A stretch of DNA of 64,000 bases. It comes from an uncultured bacterium. GTDB lineage: Bacteria > Krumholzibacteriota > Krumholzibacteriia > LZORAL124-64-63. The position numbers were made by a program, and so were the translations under genes. The stretch lies in the NCBI GenBank assembly GCA_937910695.1, contig CALEMW010000166.1, forward strand, positions 41,998 to 105,997, given 5' to 3'. Numbering within the stretch: the stretch's first letter is position 1; every line of letters begins with the position of its first letter. This document shows positions 27,493 through 35,909 of this stretch, piece after piece. The notes beneath the pieces are model-generated. The model did no database searches. It was not told the origin of the DNA and saw nothing but the letters and a program-made list of their open reading frames with translations.

Positions 27493-30400
27493 GTGACACC
27501 CGCTCCCGCAACCCGCGACGTTCTGGTCCTGCTCAGGCGACTCCACGCCCGTGCTCGGGCGCGCGTGGGTGTGCTGGGCGCCGTCCAAGCGTTGGCGGGA
27601 ACCGTGCTCACGTCAATGTTCGCCGCCATGGCCGCCGGTTGGACCTCCGGTTCGTACCCGGTGTGGTCGGTTCTGATTCTGCTGGCCGCGGCGATCGTGG
27701 TCGTGGCTCTGTGGACCGAGCGCGTGGTCCTGCCCTGGCGTGATCTCGGCGATCGACATCGTTTCAGGCGCAACCTGGACCGGGCCGGCGGGCATCGCAA
27801 CCTGCTGGTTGCGGCGGCGGAGGCGCTGGAGCAACCGGACCGGTGGTCGCACGGGGGCGTCGGCAGAGTCCTGACAGAACGCTTGACCGTGGCCGCCGAA
27901 CCGAAGCTGGCTGCGGCGAATCCCGGACGCGATCTGGATCTGCCGATGACGGCCCCGGCGCTCGGTGCGGCGTTGGTGACGGTGCTGCTCGTAGTCTTGC
28001 CCGTCCTGCTGGTCCCCGACATCGTGACAACCGGAGCCCATCGTCTGTTGCATCCGCTCGGCGAAACACTCCACACACCGGCGGCCGGGCTATATCTGGA
28101 AAGCGGTCCCGAGCATGTGACGGCGGGAGAGGACGTCGAACTCACCGCCGTCGATATGGGGACGCCGCGGACTGCAGCGGTCTGTGAAGTGCGGGAGGTG
28201 CACGGTGGTTGGCGGGAAATGCCAGTCGAGATAGATGTGCGCCCTCCCGACGCACCTCTGCGCCGCTACCGCGTGCGTGTCGAAGATCTCGCAGAGGACA
28301 TCGTCTACCGCTTTCGCCGCGACGGCATGACGTCCGTGGAGGCCCAGATCCGGGTGCATCACCCCCCGTTGTTCACGGCTCTCGCGGTCGAGGTGCAACC
28401 CCCGGCCTATACGGGTCTGCCGCACCGCGACCTGAATCCTTGGCCATCGCGACTGGAAGTGCCGCAGGGTTCAACGGTTGTCTGGCGCGGCACGGTCAGT
28501 CATCCGGTCACGACCGCCGGATTCGTAACCGAGGGGGATACTCTGCCCTGGGACGTAGATGGGTTGACGGTCGGGGGCCGAGTCGTGATACGCGGCGACA
28601 TGGAAGGCATCGCGTCGGTGATCGACGCCCGCGGACTCGTGAATCCGGACCCTGTGCTCCGCCGTATCCTCAGCCTCGTCGATGCACCACCTGCTATCTG
28701 GCTGGCGAGCCGTGAGTCGGCCGATGGCCGGCTGCCCGCCGATGGCAGCATCGACCTGGACCTGCTCGCCGAGGACGATTATGGCCTCGCGGGAATCACC
28801 CTGCTGCTACGCCGCAACTCTGCGGGATTCGCGGCTTCCGATACAGCCTGGCATGGGCTGGATATTCCTGCTGCGGCCTCTTCGGCACGGCTCGACGACG
28901 ATGATGTGCCGGCGGCCCTGGCCATCGTTGAACGGGACGGGACGGCGGGATCGCCCAGGATCGCCCTGACCCTGAACCTGGACGCTTCGGGGATCGATCT
29001 GCTGCCCGGCGAAGCGCTGGAGTTGACGGCTGAAGTGCGCGACAACCGGCGGCCGGGTCCGGCCGCCAGGTCGCGATCCCGCATTCTGAGGTTCGTGGTG
29101 CCTTCGGCTGTGGATCTTCTGGCGGAACAGTACGATGCCGCCGAAGAGCGTCATGACGACATGGCCGACCTGCGCGAGCGGGGAGAGCGCATGGCCGAAG
29201 ACCTCGACCGGCTCGAACGCGAGCTGGAGAAGAACGCCGATCTCGATTTTGCCCGGCGCCAGGAACTGGAAGACGCGGTGGCCCGACAGCAGGGGCTTCA
29301 AGAGGAGTTGTCCAAACTCACCGAGAACATGCGCCAAGACCTCAGCCGTCTGGCCGAGCACAATCTTGCCGATCCACAGCTTCTGGAGAAGATGGAGCGG
29401 GTGGCCGAACTCCTCGAAGAGATCCACAGCGATGAGCTGGCCCGACTGCAGGAACAACTGCGCGAAGCCATGGATCAGCTGTCGGAGCAGGAAATCCGCG
29501 ACGCCATGGCCGAGATCTCCGAGCAGCAGGAAGACTATCTACAGCGGCTCGACCGGGCCATCGCCCTGCTGGAGGACCTGCGCAAGGAACAGGAACTGGC
29601 GGGTATGGCGGCCCATCTCGAGGAGATGATGCGACGCCAGGAGGAACTGACGGCTGAATCCGAGACGCCGTCGGCAGAAGCACAGAGCGCCGAACAGGAG
29701 GCAGGAGACGAAGGGGAGCAGAGCGAAGGCAGTGAAGCCGACGCCGCCCGCCGGCAAGAGGAACTTGCCGAGGAGATGGCTGCCCTCAGGGAGCAGATCG
29801 AAGCTGCCCAGGAGCGTCTGGCCGCCGAACAGCAGAGCGGCGAGGAATCGCCGGCCGCCGAAGCCATGCGCGAAGCCCTCGAGAAGGCCCTGGAGAAGAT
29901 GAAGGAAGAGAGTGCCGAGCAGTCCATGCGCCAATCCGCCGAGAGTATGAAGCAGGACAGCCCCTCATCCGAGTCGAATGATTCTCAGCATGAGTCCATG
30001 CGCCGCATGGCTTCGCTCTACCACGTGCTCAAACAGGGACAACAGGCCATGCAGATGGCCATGGAAGAGTTTGTCGGCGACGCGTTGCGGCGTTTGGCAG
30101 CGGACCTTCTGGACCTTTCAAGGCGGCAGGAGGTACTCGTCGGCGCGATCCCCTCGGATCTGCGCGATGTCCGAGCCCCGATCCTCGCTCGCGACCAGAA
30201 GCGGTTGCTGCGGGGCGTGGTCGGAATCCGGGACCGCCTGGAAGAGGTGCTGGGCAAGTCACCGACCCTGAGCTTCCAGCTCCTGCAGGGGCTCGACCGC
30301 ATCGTCGAGAACCTCGATGTTTCGCTGGGGCATCTCGGAGAGAGTTGGGCCGCTCCAGCTGCGACCTCGGCCCGTGACGGTCTGGGCGCCATGAACCATA

Positions 30401-31038
30401 TGGTGATGAATCTGCTGACCAGCGCCCAGAGCCAGGGCGGCGGCGGCGGCGGGAGCTGCCCCATGCCTTCGCTGGGACAGCAACTCGAACAGATGGCGCG
30501 GGAGCAGGCCGGGCTGAACGGATTGGCCGATCAGCTCAACCGACAGCTTCAGGAACAGGGGCCCAGCCAAGAAGCCCGGTCCAGGATGCAGAGATTGCAG
30601 TCGGACCAGCAGGGGATGGCGGGACGGCTGGGTGAAGCCGCTGAAGAATCCCGTGAGTCCCCCGATGCGGAACGACTGCTGGGGGATCTCGAAGAGTTGG
30701 CGAGGGATATGGAACGGGTGTCCGATTCCCTTGCTTCGGGCACGCTCGACGAGGAAACCCTGCGCCGACAGGAACGGATTCTCGGCCGCCTGTTGGACGC
30801 ACGCAACTCCGTTCGCCGCCGCGACTACGACAAACGTCGTGAAAGCCGCACGGCCGGGGATGTTCTGCGGGCCCAACTCGGCGATACGCCCGAAGACGAC
30901 GATGCCGGGCTTCTCGAACGTCGGCGTCGTCAGCGCGAGCAGGTGGAACACGTGCCGCCGGACTACCGCGATCTCGTGCGTCGTTACTTCCGCTCGGTGA
31001 CCAAGGACGAAGGCCGTCCCGGGGAGGTGCGACGATGA
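27493..31038 (+). CDS. Large membrane-anchored coiled-coil protein, DUF4175-like
   Basis: 1181 aa, GTG start, three N-terminal TM segments, a beta-rich middle, several hundred aa of acidic E/Q/R/L coiled coil (29.1-30.0 kb), a GGGGGGSCPMPS tract, and the C-terminal ...PPDYRDLVRRYFRSV. Confidence 0.6.
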   Translation: MTPAPATRDVLVLLRRLHARARARVGVLGAVQALAGTVLTSMFAAMAAGWTSGSYPVWSVLILLAAAIVVVALWTERVVLPWRDLGDRHRFRRNLDRAGGHRNLLVAAAEALEQPDRWSHGGVGRVLTERLTVAAEPKLAAANPGRDLDLPMTAPALGAALVTVLLVVLPVLLVPDIVTTGAHRLLHPLGETLHTPAAGLYLESGPEHVTAGEDVELTAVDMGTPRTAAVCEVREVHGGWREMPVEIDVRPPDAPLRRYRVRVEDLAEDIVYRFRRDGMTSVEAQIRVHHPPLFTALAVEVQPPAYTGLPHRDLNPWPSRLEVPQGSTVVWRGTVSHPVTTAGFVTEGDTLPWDVDGLTVGGRVVIRGDMEGIASVIDARGLVNPDPVLRRILSLVDAPPAIWLASRESADGRLPADGSIDLDLLAEDDYGLAGITLLLRRNSAGFAASDTAWHGLDIPAAASSARLDDDDVPAALAIVERDGTAGSPRIALTLNLDASGIDLLPGEALELTAEVRDNRRPGPAARSRSRILRFVVPSAVDLLAEQYDAAEERHDDMADLRERGERMAEDLDRLERELEKNADLDFARRQELEDAVARQQGLQEELSKLTENMRQDLSRLAEHNLADPQLLEKMERVAELLEEIHSDELARLQEQLREAMDQLSEQEIRDAMAEISEQQEDYLQRLDRAIALLEDLRKEQELAGMAAHLEEMMRRQEELTAESETPSAEAQSAEQEAGDEGEQSEGSEADAARRQEELAEEMAALREQIEAAQERLAAEQQSGEESPAAEAMREALEKALEKMKEESAEQSMRQSAESMKQDSPSSESNDSQHESMRRMASLYHVLKQGQQAMQMAMEEFVGDALRRLAADLLDLSRRQEVLVGAIPSDLRDVRAPILARDQKRLLRGVVGIRDRLEEVLGKSPTLSFQLLQGLDRIVENLDVSLGHLGESWAAPAATSARDGLGAMNHMVMNLLTSAQSQGGGGGGSCPMPSLGQQLEQMAREQAGLNGLADQLNRQLQEQGPSQEARSRMQRLQSDQQGMAGRLGEAAEESRESPDAERLLGDLEELARDMERVSDSLASGTLDEETLRRQERILGRLLDARNSVRRRDYDKRRESRTAGDVLRAQLGDTPEDDDAGLLERRRRQREQVEHVPPDYRDLVRRYFRSVTKDEGRPGEVRR

Positions 31039-32951
31039 GCAGATGCATCATCTTCGCCGCCCTGATGCTGTGGACGGTGACGGCCGCGGCGCAGGAAGCG
31101 CGCCCGCCCTTGAATCAACCGCCACCTCAGCCCCAGGTCCATGGCGCGATCGGGCGTACTGACTGGATCACACGATTGTCCCAAGTGAGTCATCTCCTCA
31201 AGCTCGGCAGCCATGGCCGCGCCGCCACCCTGCTCGAGGAACTCGAAAAGGCGGGCGCCCCCCGTAGCGCGACCCTTTCCCAGTGGGTCGCTTTGGCTGC
31301 TGCCCTCGACGATCAAGCCAGGGTCGTGGAGCTCTGTGAAGAGGGGCTGGCCTCAACCCCGAACTCACCTCGCCTGCTGCGCAGCTACGCCATGGGACTC
31401 ATGGCCGTCGGACGTCTTGATGATGCGCAGGCGGCGTTGGAACGTCTGCTTGCGGGTTCCCCCAACAAGACGAACGTCGTGATCCAGACCGTCGGACTCT
31501 GGCGCGAGGGAGGGCATCCCGAACGGGGCCTGGCTCTCTGCGATTCTGTCCGCGAGGCGGGCGGCGGTGCGATGTTCTTGAGGCGTCCCCGGGCGGCCTG
31601 CCTGCTCCAGCTGGGGCGGGTGGATGAGGGAATAGCGGAGATCATGAACGAGTTGGACGACAACCCCATGAACTTGATGATCCTCCGCCAGGAATTCCTG
31701 CCCCAACTGCATACTCGGGATATGGCCGAACAAGCCGCGGCAGCCCTCGACATCCCCACCGCTTCGATCGCCGCCAAGCTGATGCGGGTCGATCTGCTTC
31801 TGTTGTTGGACCGAGGCGAGGAGGCCGAAGGGGACGTTGCGCCTCTGGTCGCCACCAAGGAAAGCGCCGGCGAAGTGATGCGGCTTGTGTCCGCCCTGAC
31901 CAGAGAAGCCCCCCTGATCGAGGACGATGATGTCCGACGTGCCACGGTGAACTGGCTCCTGGCAGTGCTGGAGTCCCTGTCGGTGTCGCCGGCCGTCGAT
32001 GCCGGCCATCGGCCGCAGATCCTCGATATGTTGGCAGGGGCCGCCCAGGACGCTCTCGAACTCGGACTCCTCGACCGGGAACCCGACAAGGCAGTGGCGC
32101 GGCTGGAATCGGTGCTCGACCGCGTGCGCGCGGGAAGTCCTGGATCGTCGCGGCTGTATTCGGCGCAGATCCTGCTGGCCCGCTACACGCGGGATGTCCA
32201 GGGACGCCCAGCAGAAGCTGCCGCCAGGCTGACCCGGTTGCTGACGGATTTGGAACTGCCGTTGCGCGGCGTGGCGTTGTGTCGGCTGGAGCTGGGCCTC
32301 TCTCACCTGGCCGACTGCGACACCGTCCGGGCGCGCACCGTGCTGCGTCGACTCGGTCGGAGTGACCAGTTCCCGGAGGCGTCGGGGCCGGCCCATTTCC
32401 ATTTGGCCCGCCTGGACATGGCACAGGGGCACTGGGAGTCGGCCCGCGACCGCTTGGCCGCCGTGGCCCTGAACGATCCTCGGGCTGACCAGGCCAATGA
32501 CGCTCTCGATCTCGCCCTGCTGCTGGCCGAGGAACTCGACCGCCCAGAGGGCGGCACCACCTTGCTCGATGTCTATGCTCCCGCCGTAGCGGCGGAACTC
32601 TGCCGCCGCGACGACGATCGCCTGGAGGCTTTGACAGCTCTGTTGCGCACGGCTGAGGCGATGCCCGGCGTCGTTGGCGAGTCGGCCCTCGTCGATCGGG
32701 CTCGTCTTGAACTGGGCGCCCTGGAAGCGGGAGAGGGCCGTTATCGTCGGGCCGCGGAACTTGCCGCAGCGGTCGCTTCCGACCATCCCGGCGGCGGCTC
32801 GGCCGCCGCTGCTTTGCTGATTCAGGGGCGCTGGCTGGCCGCCGCCGGAGACGCCGTCGCCGCACGCCTGGCCTGGGAACGCCTGGTGCTCCAGTACCCC
32901 GACGACCTCGCCGCCGAGGACGCCCGCACCTTATTGAGGGAGCTGCCGTGA
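31035..32951 (+). CDS. Secreted TPR-repeat protein
   Basis: Signal peptide (MSRCIIFAALMLWTVTAAAQEA). Repeated about-34-aa Ala/Leu-rich helical-pair units throughout. ATGA overlap upstream and GTGA overlap downstream. Confidence 0.6.
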   Translation: MSRCIIFAALMLWTVTAAAQEARPPLNQPPPQPQVHGAIGRTDWITRLSQVSHLLKLGSHGRAATLLEELEKAGAPRSATLSQWVALAAALDDQARVVELCEEGLASTPNSPRLLRSYAMGLMAVGRLDDAQAALERLLAGSPNKTNVVIQTVGLWREGGHPERGLALCDSVREAGGGAMFLRRPRAACLLQLGRVDEGIAEIMNELDDNPMNLMILRQEFLPQLHTRDMAEQAAAALDIPTASIAAKLMRVDLLLLLDRGEEAEGDVAPLVATKESAGEVMRLVSALTREAPLIEDDDVRRATVNWLLAVLESLSVSPAVDAGHRPQILDMLAGAAQDALELGLLDREPDKAVARLESVLDRVRAGSPGSSRLYSAQILLARYTRDVQGRPAEAAARLTRLLTDLELPLRGVALCRLELGLSHLADCDTVRARTVLRRLGRSDQFPEASGPAHFHLARLDMAQGHWESARDRLAAVALNDPRADQANDALDLALLLAEELDRPEGGTTLLDVYAPAVAAELCRRDDDRLEALTALLRTAEAMPGVVGESALVDRARLELGALEAGEGRYRRAAELAAAVASDHPGGGSAAAALLIQGRWLAAAGDAVAARLAWERLVLQYPDDLAAEDARTLLRELP

Positions 32952-34219
32952 GACGTCGATTCGCCCTCTGGTCCCTCGTCCTGATTCTGTCGTGCTGCGG
33001 CGCCGTCGGCGCCGCCGCCCAGTCCTGGCTCCTGGTGCCCATGGACCTCACCCAGGCCAATCATCTGAAGGCCTACGGGCTCGCCTTCCAGGTTCTGACC
33101 GGCGGCGACAATGTGAACTGGCTGCTCAACTACAGGGGTGGGAGTTTTCTGATGCGGGCAACGGCGGGCACGACTTTGTCGGCGCGGCTGCGCGGCGTGA
33201 GCTTCGAAGCCATCGGCGACGACGAGGTTGCGGCCATCCGGGCGACTGTGGCGAGCGGGAACATGGAAGAGATCCTGCTGGAGAAACCGCCGCGCATGGC
33301 CGTCTACGCCCCGCCGAACTTTCAGCCCTGGGACGATGCGGTGACCCTGGCACTGACCTATGCCGAGATCCCCTTTGAACAGATCTTCGACCGGGACGTC
33401 CTGGCCGGGAGGCTCGGCGACTACGACTGGCTTCATCTCCACCACGAGGATTTCACAGGCCAGTTCGGCAAGTTCTACGCCGCGTTCCGCATGGCGCCCT
33501 GGTATATGGAGCAGCAGGCGATGATGGAGGAGATGGCTCAGTCCCTGGGGTTCGACGCGGTCTGGAAGCTGAAGCATGCGGTGGTGCTGAAGGTGCGCGA
33601 TTACGTCGAGAACGGCGGCTTTCTTTTCGCCATGTGCTCGGCGACCGATACGTTCGATCTGGGGCTGGCCTATCTGGGCACGGACATCGTGCCCTCGGTC
33701 GTCGACGGCACGCCCCTCGACCCGGCACGGGAGTCCAAACGCGACGACGGGCGCACCCTGGCCTTCCGGGACTTCACTCTGATCAACGATCCCCTGGTGT
33801 ACGAGTTCTCCACCATCGACACCAGCGACTACGCTCGTCTGCGCGGGCCCGTGGGCGACTACTTCACCCTCTTCGGGTTTTCCGCCAAGCACGACCCCGT
33901 ACCCACAATGCTCACCCAGTGCCATGTGAACGTGATCAACGGCTTCATGGGCCAGACCACGGGCTTCCGCAAAGACAACCTCAAACGCCACGTCGTGATC
34001 CTGGCGCAAGTGGAGGGTACCGAAGAAGTGCGCTACATCCACGGCAAGCGCGGCCTGGGCACATTCACCTTCTTGGGGGGGCACGACCCAGAGGACTATC
34101 AGCACGCGGTGGGCGATCCTCCCACGGACCTGGACCTGTACCGCACGTCGCCGGGCTACAGGCTGATCTTGAACAACGTGCTCTTTCCCGCGGCGCGAAA
34201 GAAACCCCAAAAGACCTAG
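32948..34219 (+). CDS. Secreted class-I glutamine-amidotransferase-like protein (family often mislabelled asparagine synthetase B)
   Basis: Signal peptide; conserved blocks HLKAYGLAF, HLHHEDFTGQFGKFY, and the nucleophile-elbow-like GGFLFAMCSATDT. Last gene of the operon. Confidence 0.45.
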   Translation: MRRRFALWSLVLILSCCGAVGAAAQSWLLVPMDLTQANHLKAYGLAFQVLTGGDNVNWLLNYRGGSFLMRATAGTTLSARLRGVSFEAIGDDEVAAIRATVASGNMEEILLEKPPRMAVYAPPNFQPWDDAVTLALTYAEIPFEQIFDRDVLAGRLGDYDWLHLHHEDFTGQFGKFYAAFRMAPWYMEQQAMMEEMAQSLGFDAVWKLKHAVVLKVRDYVENGGFLFAMCSATDTFDLGLAYLGTDIVPSVVDGTPLDPARESKRDDGRTLAFRDFTLINDPLVYEFSTIDTSDYARLRGPVGDYFTLFGFSAKHDPVPTMLTQCHVNVINGFMGQTTGFRKDNLKRHVVILAQVEGTEEVRYIHGKRGLGTFTFLGGHDPEDYQHAVGDPPTDLDLYRTSPGYRLILNNVLFPAARKKPQKT

Positions 34220-35025
34220 GCTTGGCGTCGGGAGCTGCGAAGCCTGAGCAGAACGCCGGCCAGGACGGACAGAGAGAGGATGAGCCAGACCCAGGGCACG
34301 GGTCCTTCGGGGAGATCAGCGGACATGCCGCCGTCGCCGATGATCACGGTCATGCCGAAGGCGTTGTGAGCGGCGTGGGCTACGGCAGCGGCGGTCAGCG
34401 AACCGCTGTATTCGTAGACCAGGGCGAACAGCACGCCCAGGCCCACCAGTCCGAAGAGGTACCACGGTTCGCCGTGGGCGAGGCCGAAGATCAGAGCGGA
34501 GAGCACGGCCGAGGGCAGCACGCCCCAGTGGCGGCGGAAGATGCGGTAGAGTAGACCGCGGTAGATCAGCTCTTCGGCCAAAGGACCCAGCACCACCACC
34601 GAAGCATAGGCCAGGCCGGTCTCAAGGCCGCCGGTCGGCAGGTGGGAATTGTAGAAGTCGATCCACTGTTCGCTGGGCGGTTTGAGCTGGGCCGAGATCG
34701 ATGTGAGCAGACCGGCGGGCACCTGGGACGAGAGCGACGCGACGATGGCGAGTCCGGCGACGACCCAGCCGGGACGGTCGAGATGAAACACCTGGGCCGA
34801 GGTCATTCCCTGGGCCTGGGAGAACAAGCCCGCGAAGATGACCACCAACACCCCGCCGGCGCCCACCGAGAAGAAGATGTTTTTCGTCATGCCGTAGGCC
34901 GCGCCTTGAGCGCCGCCGTTGAGCATCAGCGCGGCCAGGGTCAGCAGCAACAGGCGGCCGCTGCCCCAGGTGAGCCAGGGGTCGCGTAAAGGGACTTCGG
35001 GGGTGGGGGGCCGATCGTGATCCAT
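34216..35025 (-). CDS. CPBP-family intramembrane glutamic endopeptidase (CAAX protease/Abi family)
   Basis: Multi-TM protein with the three CPBP motifs: EELIYRG, FGLAHG, HAAHNAF. Confidence 0.8.
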   Translation of the reverse strand: MDHDRPPTPEVPLRDPWLTWGSGRLLLLTLAALMLNGGAQGAAYGMTKNIFFSVGAGGVLVVIFAGLFSQAQGMTSAQVFHLDRPGWVVAGLAIVASLSSQVPAGLLTSISAQLKPPSEQWIDFYNSHLPTGGLETGLAYASVVVLGPLAEELIYRGLLYRIFRRHWGVLPSAVLSALIFGLAHGEPWYLFGLVGLGVLFALVYEYSGSLTAAAVAHAAHNAFGMTVIIGDGGMSADLPEGPVPWVWLILSLSVLAGVLLRLRSSRRQA

Positions 35026-35174
35026 GCATCCTCCGGGGTCGGGTCAGCACCCACTCTGGCAGATCGCCCGGATCATGTCCACGGCGATGGGATGTCGGGG
35101 ACCTTGGCAGGAAACGGGCCAGCGATTACCATTCGGCGGGCAAACCGGACTCGGACCCGCGGACAGGAGATACA

Positions 35175-35909
35175 ATGCTCACCAACGCAGCGGACCGCCG
35201 CATCCAGGCCGTGGTCTTCGACCTGGACAACACGCTGACCGATTTCATGACCGCCAAGGACCGCGCCGTACGCGCCGCGGCGGACGCCATGGTCGACGCC
35301 GGCCTGCGCATGGACCCCAAGGACGTGCACGCAGGCATCTTCGCCATCTACGACGAGGTGGGCATCGAGCATCAGCGCGTGTTCAACCGCTTTCTCGAAC
35401 AGCACACCGGCGAAGTCGACGATCGGATCCTCGCCTCGGCCGTGGTGGCCTACCGCCGGGCCCGCGAATCCCTGCTCGTGCCCTATCCCCACGTGCAGCA
35501 CGTCCTGCATCGGCTGGTGAAGGAGGGCTACCGCCTGGCCGTGGTCAGCGACGCCCCCCGCTTCGAGGCCTGGCTGCGCCTGACGTATCTGCGACTGAAC
35601 CACGTGTTCGACGTCGTGCTCTGCCATGACGACACAGGCCATCACAAGCCCAGCCCGGTGCCGTTCCGCATGGCCCTCGAACACCTCGGTGTGGAGCCTG
35701 GGCGTGCCGTGAACGTGGGGGATTGGCCGGAGCGCGACATCGTCGGCGGCGACGCAGCCGGTCTGCACACCGTCTACGCCCGCTACGGAGACACCTACGA
35801 CACAGGCGACCGTGTGCGGGCCACCCACTCCGGAGCCAACTACGAGATCGACGACCTTCTGCAGCTGCTCGAGGTCCTCGACACGCTCAACGCCGGGGCT
35901 GAGGCATGA
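35175..35909 (+). CDS. HAD-superfamily hydrolase (subfamily IA, phosphatase-like)
   Basis: Motif I VVFDLDNTL, motif II VVSDAP, and a motif III/IV region (HKPSP...VGDWPERDIVGG). Confidence 0.8.
   Translation: MLTNAADRRIQAVVFDLDNTLTDFMTAKDRAVRAAADAMVDAGLRMDPKDVHAGIFAIYDEVGIEHQRVFNRFLEQHTGEVDDRILASAVVAYRRARESLLVPYPHVQHVLHRLVKEGYRLAVVSDAPRFEAWLRLTYLRLNHVFDVVLCHDDTGHHKPSPVPFRMALEHLGVEPGRAVNVGDWPERDIVGGDAAGLHTVYARYGDTYDTGDRVRATHSGANYEIDDLLQLLEVLDTLNAGAEA

Noticed and set aside
35105-35120. Sigma-54-like TGGCAG...GGGCC upstream of the HAD gene
   Set aside because: GG and GC spacing is correct, but the -12 box lacks the TTGC core (gGGCc). It is too weak to call.
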